Positions 10,864 to 22,900 of a DNA stretch of 64,000 nucleotides are shown here, in pieces (the first letter of the stretch is position 1; each line of letters opens with the position of its first letter). Position numbers and translations under genes: made by a program. The stretch comes from Antedon mediterranea. Lineage: Eukaryota > Animalia > Echinodermata. Under the pieces are notes generated by a model. That model was not told the origin of the DNA and made no database searches. It saw only the letters and a program-made list of their open reading frames with translations. Location of the stretch: assembly GCF_964355755.1 (NCBI RefSeq), contig NC_092670.1:9476201-9540200 (forward strand). The letters run 5' to 3'.

Positions 10864-13154
10864 TTTGTATTCTGCAACCAAAAGTGAAAACCATTATTTT
10901 TATAAACACACCAGTCCACATGAGTAGACATAGGTACATCGTAAGACATAAGAAAATCAAACATATAAATGCTCGAAAAGTAGATTTATGTTCTTTAAAA
11001 ATCAAAATACCAGGTTTCCTTAAATAAACGGTTTCTCTACAATAATCAATACGAGTGTTGCATGAATATAGGTTGATTGTAGTGTTTAAACATATATTGT
11101 TTCCTATTTGTTTCACAGAAAAGTGTCCCCTTATTAGGGGTATTTATACTGAATAAAATGGTACTTGATGTTGAGCAACGTTGTGTTAATGTTATATTAT
11201 GTTTTATAACTTATGCATTTTATAATTATAATTTATAAAAATTACTTTTATAATTGATATACAAAAAAGAATTTATTTTTTTCAAAACTATAAAGCAACA
11301 TCTTTTTATGACATCAGCAGCAAATCATTAAACAGAAATTATAATTATTCTTGAAACTCCGCCCAAAGATTAATATTAAAAAGAACATTAGCAACTCTTC
11401 AGGGATGAGTATTAAAATAAATTGTAGCATTGAAATTCTAAATATAAAAACGAGAAAGAAGCAGGACAGTGAATTGATGAGGTCAAACCATGACAACCGG
11501 CCAATGAAGAAGGACATATGGGATGCGAGAGGTCGGTTAAAAGGGGGACAGAATCGAAAATGGCAACGGTGATTTTTATGCATTAGAAACACATGTTAAT
11601 CGAATTGGATACCCACGGGGCATTAGACGGCTATGAACAACATTAAAATTGACGTAAAAATAATCTGACGACAATTCTTGAAGACAATTCTGGCTTGATA
11701 GGGAGTTTAACACATGAATATAGTGTAAGATTAAGTGAGAGCTAGTAACAAGGCAATGTTGCATTGGTGACGGCCTGCTCACCCCAGAGACTTTATAATT
11801 TGAAGTGTGTCATGAACACTTCCTATTAATATAGTAAATGATAGATCAAGGTAAAAAGAAGGGGGTAATCTTAACCTATGGACAACCCAAGCTGTCAAAA
11901 TAGGATTTGAAATGCTACAAATGATGTAAGCAGCCACAGGCTGTAAGAAAATGAAACGGAAAAAGGGGGGATTGCCTGCAGGTTAACACGAATACAAAAG
12001 GGAAATGATCTAGATGGACGGAAGGTATAATTCCACTTATTAGTTGGCTGTAGTGACAAGGAATATAAGTTAAACCAGACGACAACGCAAAAAGTGATTT
12101 TAATTAGTAGTGACACTTATAATTTAAATTAAATTATTGAGATTGTGTTTTTTATATATTTTTGTCAATATCTGTGGTCAATCATCAAAAAACAAAAGAT
12201 GGTTAAAAACATGGTTCTCTTAAGGGGATACATGGACAGAGTTTCTCGATAACATAAACAAAACTTTTTTTTCCAACAGCACAATACTAAAAAAAAACCT
12301 CTTCACGTCTAAAAAACCATATTCTGTCCGACAAATTAGTGCTCAATTACCAAATGAAGTCTGTTTAAAACACATACTGACCGCACCTTTGATTTCCGGC
12401 CATTTATCTTTATCTTCCCAAGTTTCATATTTCAATTGGTTTAAAAAAATCTAATATCACAGGAAAATTTGCATTGTATGTCACATATGTATCATATGGA
12501 GGTGGAGCGTGTATTAATAAAGGTTAATGTTAGGCTTGGTACATGAAAACATGTGACACATTACGCGACACTGTATTATAGAATTTTCTGATGATAGTGT
12601 AGAATTATTATAACAATAACAGTAGTAATGACCATAATAACTAGAGTAATGATAACAACCATTTTAAATGTAAATATGTATATGTTCGTCGTGAGGTGGT
12701 TTCCCGAATGATCGTAAAATCAAAACGGTACTGTGTATGACCAACTAGCGTTATTGTCACCGGCTAGTCATCCATTCATAGAAGTACTGATGTAGTAGCC
12801 TACCTGTACGGAGACCATAGAATGTGACCCGAGGCATGACTAACTACGACTTTTAGATGATAGAAAGTTGAGAAAAAATGTTACGAGTAGTTGTACGACA
12901 TGAAGATGTTTATGAAATTATGTCAATAATGTTTACACACTAGGCATACAAATAGTAATGTTTGTTAGTAAAAATAATTTTGAGTTAATCAGAATAAGAT
13001 ATAAGGAAGAAAAGCAAAGAGACTATGGAGCGGCTATTCCTGAATATACAATACTAAGTATCGTAGATTTAAATTATAAATTTTAGGCGATCTTGTCAAA
13101 GGTCAAGCGCCTATAGCCTGCCACGTTTCGATATTCAATATTGAACTTGACCTT

Positions 13155-13520
13155 GAACGGTGTAAGGCCCTCGCTAATGCGGGTTGCTTCACCGTTCTGG
13201 ATTCTGCAGATTTCGCTTTCAAACTTAAGGTCAAGGAAGCCCTCCAAATCTCGTGGAGTAAACCTTCTTTGAAACAAATCTATAACTTAGGCATCACACT
13301 TGCCATATGATTGGTTGTTGCCTACATTCCTTGTTTTATTATGCTAATTACTTTACTTATTTACATACAATATGTCCTGTTGGTATATAAGCACTCTAGG
13401 CGTTGTTTACTGTTCTGATGATGAGAATAATTTCTCGAAACATCACATTTACATTTTAAGGCAATTTGCCTTTTTATTAAATGCCTCGTTATAGTCATCC
13501 TAACTCGCAAGTTTGGTGGT
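13155..13520 (+). mobile_element. Penelope-like retroelement 3' remnant (GIY-YIG endonuclease C-terminus plus pseudo-LTR)
   Basis: 13155-13310 translates ERCKALANAGCFTVLDSADFAFKLKVKEALQISWSKPSLKQIYNLGITLAI*, matching the PLE motif C..F.ILD......L.IKEAL.I....P.LN. A hammerhead motif follows downstream. Confidence 0.85.
13411..13447 (+). ncRNA. Minimal hammerhead ribozyme motif in the Penelope pseudo-LTR
   Basis: tgt-t-CTGATGA-t-GAGAA-taat-TTCTC-GAAA-ca-TC-aca, about 100 bp after the GIY-YIG stop codon. Confidence 0.7.
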
Positions 13521-13935
13521 ATTATTCATAAATATGTATATGTTTGTATGATGTAGTATGTTTAAGCAGATATTAGCCCTTGATAGCATTTGCAGCAATA
13601 AAGAAATTGAATTGAGTTATACAGACAGTACCGAGAATTAGTGGAGGTGGAGAAAAACCCTGCATTGATACTAATTTGATAAAGATGTCAATTTTAACAC
13701 ACTTGTGACAAGTGCAAAAAGCCTTGTTTCCTGTCAAATTCATTTGACTGCTTTTACGTTTAGAATCAGTTTTCAAGAGATAATTAAATAATAATTTAAA
13801 CCGGCTTCGTTGGATTAGCTACTAATAGCTACGATTCTTTGATATCAATGTATTGCTATACTGTGAATGTACAATAAAATGTTGTTTCAACATTTATATA
13901 AATGATATTTAAATCCAAAGGCTTGAAATTACTGA

Positions 13936-14128
13936 AAAAATGACAATGTTGTTGGTATCAGTGGCTGGATCTCAATGGACATACAAAATATAATAAGAAC
14001 TGATAAAATGACAATGCTGTGGGTATCAGTGGCTGGATCTCAATGGACATAAGCAAAAAGCTAAATGAAAACGATAAAGCAAAACGGAAAAATTTTCAGA
14101 GCTTTCAGGCAACACTAGCCCTTCAAAT
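13936..14128 (-). mobile_element. Penelope-type pseudo-LTR fragment with a damaged hammerhead and an internal about 69-bp duplication
   Basis: aaaatgacaatg..ggtatcagtggctggatctcaatggacata x2. Minus strand reads tgaAGGGCtagtgttGCCTGAAAgct. Homologous to 61480-61600 and 15114-15137. Confidence 0.55.
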
Positions 14129-15324
14129 CATCAATATATTAATATATTTTGAATTTTGAAGTTAAAATGTTGTATTATTGTATATTTTAAATACTATAAT
14201 AATAATATGATTCTTGTAAGTTACTTAATTGGTTTTAGTGTTGATGTTCTAGTTTAACTAAATAAAGGCGCCTCAACCAAAGCTTTAGAAAAACCCCGAC
14301 AGGACATGGTGATGACTTGAATAAATATGAATAAAATATTGACAATTATGAGCAATTACATCAAAAACACATAGTGTATTGACAGACTTTACAGTTTTGC
14401 CAAATAAAGTCACTCACTTAAAATTGAAAAATCCAAAATATCTAGAACACATAACGGAGACACGAACAAAAGCGGAAAAAGGGGTGGCGGGGTCAGCTTT
14501 AGATAAATCTGTCAACGGACAACTGCCCAATCAAAATGCTTGCTATTACCGATTACAATCCGTATAACTCCCTAGCTAGTAATTCAATGAAGAGATGGGG
14601 GAAATCTCAGGGACGAATGGCTAAAGGGGGGAACAGGCTGATCAATTTGGACAGGCAGATTTTTTGTTGCTGGACACATAGAACGATGGAACTGACAAAA
14701 TCAATGAACACATTTTGACGAGATTTGCTGTCAAATCCTCTAAAAATGGGTCAGGGAATTAGTTTAACTGAATTGTTCTACTTTTAAAATGATAAAAACA
14801 TGACCAACATATTTTCTTGCAATCTACAATTGTTTGTTCAAAAATGTATTTTAACAGATCTCTTTGTAAATTATCATAGTATTTTAAATAATTAAAAATT
14901 GTCATAAGTCAAGCTTTATTTAAAAACACTATTTTCATTAATCGTCATCACCTTGAATATTTTTACTGAAGTATTTTATATTATTATTATTATTTTATAT
15001 TATTACAAACTATAAACAATTTTAAAATGCAAAGTAACCTTTCAAGTATTTCTAAATATGAAACCAAATAATTAGTCATTTTTAATTAATTTGTTTGATA
15101 TATTTATTTTTGTGGCTAGTGTTGCCCGAAAACTTTGCAATTTATCAGACTGTTTTTACCTTTACAAATTTATTTATTTTAAATATCAGTAATTAAAGTT
15201 ATTACTTTTGCATATATTTTTAAAAAAAATTTCCAAATAGATTCAAATCAAATCATCTATACATATAATTAGTTCAAAAGCACATTAAATTTGGAATACA
15301 TTCTTGTTCAATTTGGCTTTATTT

Positions 15325-16110
15325 TTTTTTTTTTATTCAATTTTCAGGCACAAAAAAACACAACAAGACAGCGGTGCAGCACCCTGAGGATTGCCATGAG
15401 TGCAAAGAACTATCAAGATGGCTCTCCATATACTGCACTTGAACATATAAGTAAACAATAAAAATACAAAGACATAAAAATTTAAAAATTGCAAAGCATC
15501 AAATTGAACAATCATTAAATTGAATCTAAAAATAAATATATATATATATATATAAATGTACAGATAAAAATGATTGTTTAAAGATAAAAAAATTAAAAAT
15601 TTGCCTGACGTAAGACCGGAGGGTTAAGTTAAGGTTGTTTAGAATGGAGGAGAAAAACTCGCAAAAGAACACAATTTAATGAAACAAAAGAGAAAGTTTG
15701 TTTATATCAATGCAGTTGTTATGGGCAAGGTTAGAATAAAAATGTAGGTTGGTTGAGAGTTTGATTGAACAGATCTGTTTGTACTGAGTGTCCAGTTGTC
15801 TGTAGGTTTCCAAAAGTCTTCAACCCTACATATTACTTGGTGCCTCAAAATGATGCTTTTCACATACTGGGGCGAGAAAACGAGAATTCCACTTCCTGGA
15901 CTGGTCAGCCATCTTATGATTCATAGGCAACGAAACGACAAGAACGCAAGGACTGGCTGTGTATCATCAAGGCGGTCATACAATGATTGGGCAGTTTTTG
16001 GACAGAAAATGTTGGAAGGCATTCAAGAATGTGTACATGCTTTCATCGACTCATCGACTGTACTGCTGAGTGTGTGTGTCTCAGAGAGTGTGGTATCAGG
16101 TCGGCTGCTG
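15325..16110 (-). mobile_element. Highly degraded non-LTR retrotransposon 3' remnant(s)
   Basis: Poly(T) tract plus ttatt at 15322-15338 (minus-strand A tail), and a frameshifted DES..H..LEC zinc-knuckle-like motif near 16020-16060. Confidence 0.3.
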
Positions 16111-16113
16111 TAC

Positions 16114-16482
16114 CTTTAACAACAACATTGCTCCTAGTTATCTAATTGAGCTAATTTCTAGAGTCCCTGCTCGAGCCATCAGAACAAGAGGTGATTTAAT
16201 TTATCCTAAAGTCAATTTGGAATGTTTTCAACATGCTTTTATTAAATCTGTCCTAATTTTTATAATAATTTACCAACTATAACTCTGGGAATGCAATATC
16301 AAATATACATTGCACTTAAGTTGAAAATTTATATTGATACATTTGTATTACAATATTGATTTAACAGTATATTATATATTGTTTGCAATTTATTTTAATT
16401 TGATTAAAGAGGGTCCTTTGAATATCAGTTCCATTGGGCTAAACTGTAAGGGTTGAACATGGTTGAAATAACCACAAAAAAA
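16114..16482 (+). mobile_element. CR1/L2-type LINE 3' remnant
   Basis: Translates NNIAPSYLIELISRVPARAIRTRGDLIYPKVNLECFQHAFI..YNNLP, typical of the CR1/L2 ORF2 C-terminus. Followed by a gagggtcc..atcag 3' tail and an A-run. Confidence 0.75.
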
Positions 16483-16847
16483 AGGTTAGTGGGCATTACT
16501 TTACCAGAGCATCCTTCACTGACTCTGCATTTCATATTTAATTTTTAGTAAAAATGTGTTGAAATTGATAAAATAAAGAATATTGTATATGACCAGGTAC
16601 AGTCTCCGCTAGTCTGGGTAAATAATTTGGCAAAAAACATTATCCTTGGATTGCAGTGAAAAGTCTTATGTCTATATTTAGCCTAAATTAAAGAGTGGGA
16701 TTATACTAGGTCATAAATAGTACGTATCTTCCTTTGGTTTGGATGTCAAATACAAAACAATGGGTCAGGCAAAACAATCCAGGTCTGAGATTTGAAAGCT
16801 CACACTGTTTCCATGTTTAGTTTACATTGTTTATAATAAGTCCTTTA

Positions 16848-17247
16848 AGGCCCATTCACACTAGGACGATAACGATCGACGATAAATATATAAGCATGCA
16901 TTTTTTTAACATAAAACAAAAGAAATTAGAAAGGGTTTCGTTCTAGGACTATAGGATAATCATTTATGCTGTCTTTGATAAAAATAATATTTTTAAAATT
17001 CCAATCAAATGACGTCATGATACATAAAAACAATAAAATCGTTGTATTGTCACGATATTATTGCTCTTACTAATCATGACGTCATTTGATTGAACGTGTG
17101 AAAATATAATTTTCATCAAAGGAAGCATAGATGGTTATTCTATAGTTCTAGAATGAAAAGGTTTTATATTTCTTTTATTTTATGTATGAAAAATGCAAAT
17201 TATTGTCTATTATCGTCGATCGTTATCATTCTAGCGTGAATGGGCCT
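16848..17247. mobile_element. PIF/Harbinger-type MITE, largely palindromic, 400 bp
   Basis: TIR aggcccattcacactaggacgataacgatcgacgata / tatcgtcgatcgttatcattctagcgtgaatgggcct, TTA target duplication, and inner inverted aatcaaatgacgtcatgat. Confidence 0.88.
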
Positions 17248-18870
17248 TTACTCTCTTTCCACCCAATGCCTTGCTGACTTAGCTCCTATAGAATATGGAA
17301 GAGCCACTAACAAAAGCTTCTGAATACTGTAAATGTTGAGATTAAAAAACATGCAATGTAGGTCATCGTTTGACATCAGCTTCTTGTGAAATAAAAATAA
17401 AATCGTCAACAATAGTAAAACTGATTAAAATTGACAGCAAAATTATACCTACGTTTCTGCTTATTTGATTATCATTAATACTCACTGCTAATCTATTTTT
17501 TAAAAACTTCACCAAAATTAGAAATTGTTAAAAGTGTGACAAAATAAACAAGATTGACAATCGTAATATATAGGTTAACTTTTGACAGGTCAAATATAAT
17601 GAAATTGTCTGAAATAGGTATTAAAAATTGACAATCTATCAATCAATCACTGAATATTTTTTACTTCTAGCACAAACTAGTAAAAAGAAAGTAAGGACCT
17701 GTTGCTGTAACAAACAAAAGACTACTTTAATTGTGTGTATAAAATACAATATCTTTATTTATGTGGTAGAAGATATGCCACCTCTAATGTTAAATAATGG
17801 CAAATTGGGGATTCCCGCTAATTGGGGATTTCCAAAAATAAAATGCAGAGAGGTTTGTCATAGCTGTAGATGAAATATTATAATGTAATCCTTTGATTGG
17901 TTGATCTTGTATTGAAGGTACATAACCTGTTCATCTTATTGGAACCATTGAGATTTTGTTTAGGCTTGTAAATAATGTGTGATTGAAACTAAAGTAATCT
18001 ACTCTATGTCCAAAACCTGAGTTCAGTCATTTTACATGGTGTACCCTAGACATCTACTTAAATAATAGTTTATTTTAGAAAGGTACAGGAGTGTTATAAA
18101 ACAAATGTTTTGTATTCATTGAATGGAAAGGATTATTTATTGAAATGAAAGCCTGTCCTAATCACTGTATAGAACATTCACTCTTTTAAATGAAAATATT
18201 CTATCTATTCAACATATAAACATTCATTATTTGTATAAAATTATTTTGTTCAGTTGAGGTCCAATACAAACACACAATTTTCTGAACTAATTTTTCTTGC
18301 TTTAATTCATTAATAAACAACCCAATGTGTAATTTTACAAATTATTTTCCAACCTAATTCATAGCGTGTAGTCATATTAAATTTAAATTAGAACAAATGT
18401 GGGTTTTTCACTTTCCGACAACTGACCGATAAATTGGAATTGACCGAAATAATTATTCTATTTCTAAGAAAGGAAGAAAAATGTATTTAAACTTAGGGAC
18501 TGGAGACCTAGTACCCAATCCCCAAATGTAATCAGTGTTACATATTAGGTAATGAATTACGACAGCAATGATTTTGACCAAAATGTTTCTGTAATTACCA
18601 ACATAATTCAATACCAGGCAAAAATGTCTGTAACAAAAAGTTCAACAGGGTAGTTTTAAAATTTAGAAACCTCATAATGAAAGTTAATATTCATAGCATC
18701 TGCCAAGGAAAACAGAATAATGAGAGCAACAATTTTTAGCTTGTAAACTGTCTGTTCCAATCACGGTAAAATACCACTGATTTACCATAAATGAAACTGG
18801 AAAACTCATCATCTTAGCCTGCTCTGTACTGTGTACAGTTTAGTACTGTGTACAGTACTGTAAAGGTGCA

Positions 18871-19072
18871 CTTATGTCTACACAGAACTCAAATCATAAC
18901 ATAAGTGCTCCGAGCAACTTAACTCAACTGAACAGTTCCTCTCAGTTGCCCATACTTAAGCGCTCACACATCTAGTTCCGTTCAGTTACATGTAGTTGTT
19001 TGAAAGTCGACATAAGCGCTCTCGCGTAGGTAGTTCTTTTCACTTGAATGGAGTTCTGTGTCGACATAAGCT
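18871..19072. mobile_element. Harbinger-like MITE
   Basis: TIR cttatgtctacacagaactc / gagttctgtgtcgacataag (1 mismatch). Confidence 0.7.
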
Positions 19073-19777
19073 TAATAGGGATATACTGAATAGCAGTACA
19101 ATTGATTAAATATAAAGATAGAAATATAATGTTGAGGTGGGGAATTGTCCAGGGCGAAATGTAGTCACAAGAGTAAAACATCCACAGGGAAAATCTAGTA
19201 GAACCAAGCAATACTACGGTCTGATTGACTGTAGCAACAAATTATAACCTCTGGACGGAATACCCATGTTGTCTATTAGGGTACATCGAACCCTAGGGAG
19301 CACGCTGCATGACCAGCGTCGGTGAAAATCTAGAAGCATTTTCATAGAATGACTACTTACTATCAATGACCGGTAACTATCGCAGACGCATTGTAGCAAT
19401 TATATATACGTTATTCAAAGTTACTAAGAATAAACACATTTAGGTATGAATCTGTATTTAATCCTTTATAAGCCCGTGTAGTAATCAATTTGCATACACA
19501 AATCATAACATCAGTTTCGAGCATTGTTTTTTATGCAATACAAAAACACATTTCTTTCGTTGTCTTTTGTACACGGCATACGTGACAATAGTAGTACAGT
19601 AAATAATATCCTATTCCTATTAGCAGAGTGATTAAGCGACTTTGATCAACATACTAATTGATTGATGGTGTTACTATTCTCTAATGCTGACAGACACAAA
19701 CAGCGTTGTCACGCAAGAATCTAGTAGTAGCATACTCCCACTCTAGTTAGCAGGTTCTCACTTCTGAATCTACTAGA

Positions 19778-19908
19778 TTCCCAGTATTTAGACAAGTTTC
19801 CCAGTATTTAGACAAGTTTCCCAGTATTTAGACAAGTTTCCCAGTATTTAGACAAGTTTCCCAGTATTTAGACAAGTTTCCCAGTATTTAGACAAGTTTC
19901 CCAGTATT
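19778..19908. repeat. Perfect 20-bp tandem repeat, 6.5 copies (TTCCCAGTATTTAGACAAGT)
   Basis: Identical units, with ccagtatt at 19781, 19801, 19821, 19841, 19861, 19881 and a partial unit at 19901. Confidence 0.97.
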
Positions 19909-22900
19909 ATACCATCATATGCGTTTGCATGTGACAATTAAGAAATATCAGACAAAAATTGACATAGCATCAAGAATTTAAATCAAATCTGTTCATAAAA
20001 AGTACCCTATGTTTAAGTAAGTCTAGAAACAATCTCACTGCTGGCTGCCGTGGGTCCATGGAGGGCCTAATCAGAATTTCGTCATTTTTCAAGTATACTT
20101 GAGGACCAGAATAAAACATTTAACATTTATTTAACACATGTGATAATTCTATTCTTCTAACATGAAAAATAATTCACATTTTGCGCAGTTTATCAGAATT
20201 CGGCATTGCAATATTTTGTAGATAATACTACCAAAAGAACAGAGTGCTCAAGTTTGGACTATAATAATGAACGAATAATGAAATATTTTGTGGATAAAGT
20301 ACAGAGAATCGAGCGCCCTAGTTTTCAGCCAGTGTGAACAAGGATATAGGCCTAACAGGAGAGGATTAGAATAAAAAAGATTAGGAAAGTGGTCTGACCG
20401 GTTAGGTCATGGATTACCTGTTGGCTAAAATTAACTTGGCCTTAATATTAATACACATGGCATTACTGTACCTTTCTAAATTTACTTAGCTTTTATTCTA
20501 AATGAAATACTCTGAATGCCTGTCTTTATATAAATTAAGCTATATTAGGCAAATTTGGCATATAGATTATATTTGTTTTATTTAGGGAAAGAGCTTAACT
20601 AGCAAATCCAAGGGATTAAGGTCTTTCATGACGGATAACTAAAGGATACCATAACAAATAGTTCAATGAACTTTTATAACACATCAAATATAGTAAAACT
20701 TGAAAGGCACTTTAGGTCCACTCACTACCAAATCTCTCCACATCTCCCAACATTTTTCTCCCAACAATTAAGTGGCACTAAAACAAATGTGTGTCGCCTA
20801 CTATTGGTATGCCATGTTGGACACTGTTATCCCCAGTTGTCAATAAAAGATAATAAATAATAGAATGGATCTATGGTAAAACTGTATGAAAGGTCCTTCA
20901 TATAACCTTTTATAGACATTAGATAAATCAAAGAATAATGCAAATAGTTAATCATCATTTAATATATTATATATTTCAAATTTTATAAACTGACTTTACA
21001 GTACATGACACTTCAATTTTATGTCATCTTATAATTTAGTTATAATATCACAAGAGTATATGATTTGTGGTTATTTAAACCTAGAAGCTTTCAATTACAA
21101 GGATTGCACTTGACCACTTAACCACAGATTTAAATATGTTGCATACCAGTACCATATCCTATATAAATGAGAGTATGTGATGCTTATTACAACTACAATT
21201 CTGATTTGAACCTAAAGGCCTAAAATTACAAGGCATACAACTGATCACCTAACCACAATTTAAAATATGTAGTATTTAAAAATCCATTTAATAATTTCCT
21301 GTACTTTTTACTATCAAATCCTCGCATTCTTAGCATGTTTTTATTCCTATATCTGGTACTTTTCTGGCCAATGACCCACTGAGAACAGGGTGTACGCATG
21401 CATGCATTTGTGAATTGTCATTGATAAATGCCAAGGTTGTTCAGCCATAGTAGAACCCAGTTGGTTTGTTCTTTTAACAGGTGGATTACCTGTGAGATGT
21501 ATTACCTGTTGATAGTGGATTATCTATACCTGAGGATAACATTACCTACTCTATTGCTGGTTTCTATTAACATATCTATTCACAAAAGGGAAAGTTTGCA
21601 AAATATAAGATAAAATTATATAGCATATTGGGATATTTTCTAATAAATTTCCATTTCTCCTTATTACATTCGTAAAACTAAATAATTTTTGAGCGCTGTG
21701 TTTTTTGGATTTTTTTGCAAATGGAGTAAGAAATACTGTAGTATCATTGATTAAATTTATTGGATGGTTTACGAGTCTCCACATTGATTTTTCACAATTC
21801 TAACACAGAAGTCCAGCACAAACCAAAGGACCGGATAGTACATACAGTAGCTAGGAGTGGTCAAAATCTCTCTTTTTCATGGAATGCTATTTAAAACTAT
21901 AGATATAGCATTGACATTTTAAATTGTGTCCCTTTGTGAAAACCAAACCAAAAAAAAAGTTCATAAAAAAGTCATTTCAATGCACAGAACAATTACAAAG
22001 ACATTTTTACACAATATTGTTGAGAACTAACGAGTTTACTTTACATTTCTGCAGTATTTGGTCCAAATCCTATTGGATATCATACTTAGATAAATATTAA
22101 TATAACTTTACATATTTTGTTTTAATCTCCCTAATAATATCAGCAAAGGTTATTACATTTTGGCAATTTGTAAGATTATATTATTAAGATATAATATGAA
22201 CTTATTCATATTTGATTTTTACAATCAATATATACAAATAATAAAAAAAAAATATTAAACACTGTTGAGTGTTTACAAAACCAATCTCAAAAGTCACCTT
22301 TAAAATAGACAACAAGAATGTCATGGTCAACGAGATATTAATAAACATTCTGAATGATACAAATACAAGAGAAATATTTTGAATACAATAACAACCCTTT
22401 ACATTACAGACAACTCATACCAACAAATTCCACCAAGGGTCGCTAAAACCCTGAATAGATACCGCTTCCCTCGTACATATTTAGGACTCCGGAAGGAGAT
22501 CAAAGAGGATTACCGAGGCTCATTCTAACGATTGGAATAAATCAGTGTAGGGAAAAACATAATCGCGAGGTAGATCGATGAGGGTGGAGTGACTAAGTGG
22601 GAATTGAGAAAGTTGGAACGAAGCCATGTCTTGAGGACAGGACATACCCATAAGCTGCATTACGGTTTCATTGAACCCAGTCAGGCTATGCAAGGCTACT
22701 ATTGCTACACACTGAACACCCACACTATCTTTATTCAATACATTCAAGTTAAGCTTATGTGATTCAATAAGGATTTAGGTTTACTTTTAAATCAAGGTGA
22801 CGAATTCTTTGAAAATGATCTTTTTTTAATATTGTGTTTGGAGTTTTTTGTTTACTTTTTTTGACATACATGTAAAAATATGGATTTACAATATTAGGTT

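Noticed and set aside
19130-19510. Solo LTR
   Set aside because: TG..CA ends and TATA/AATAAA-like motifs are present, but no matching target-site duplication was found.
19778-19908. CRISPR-like array
   Set aside because: Head-to-tail identical units without spacers, in a eukaryotic context.
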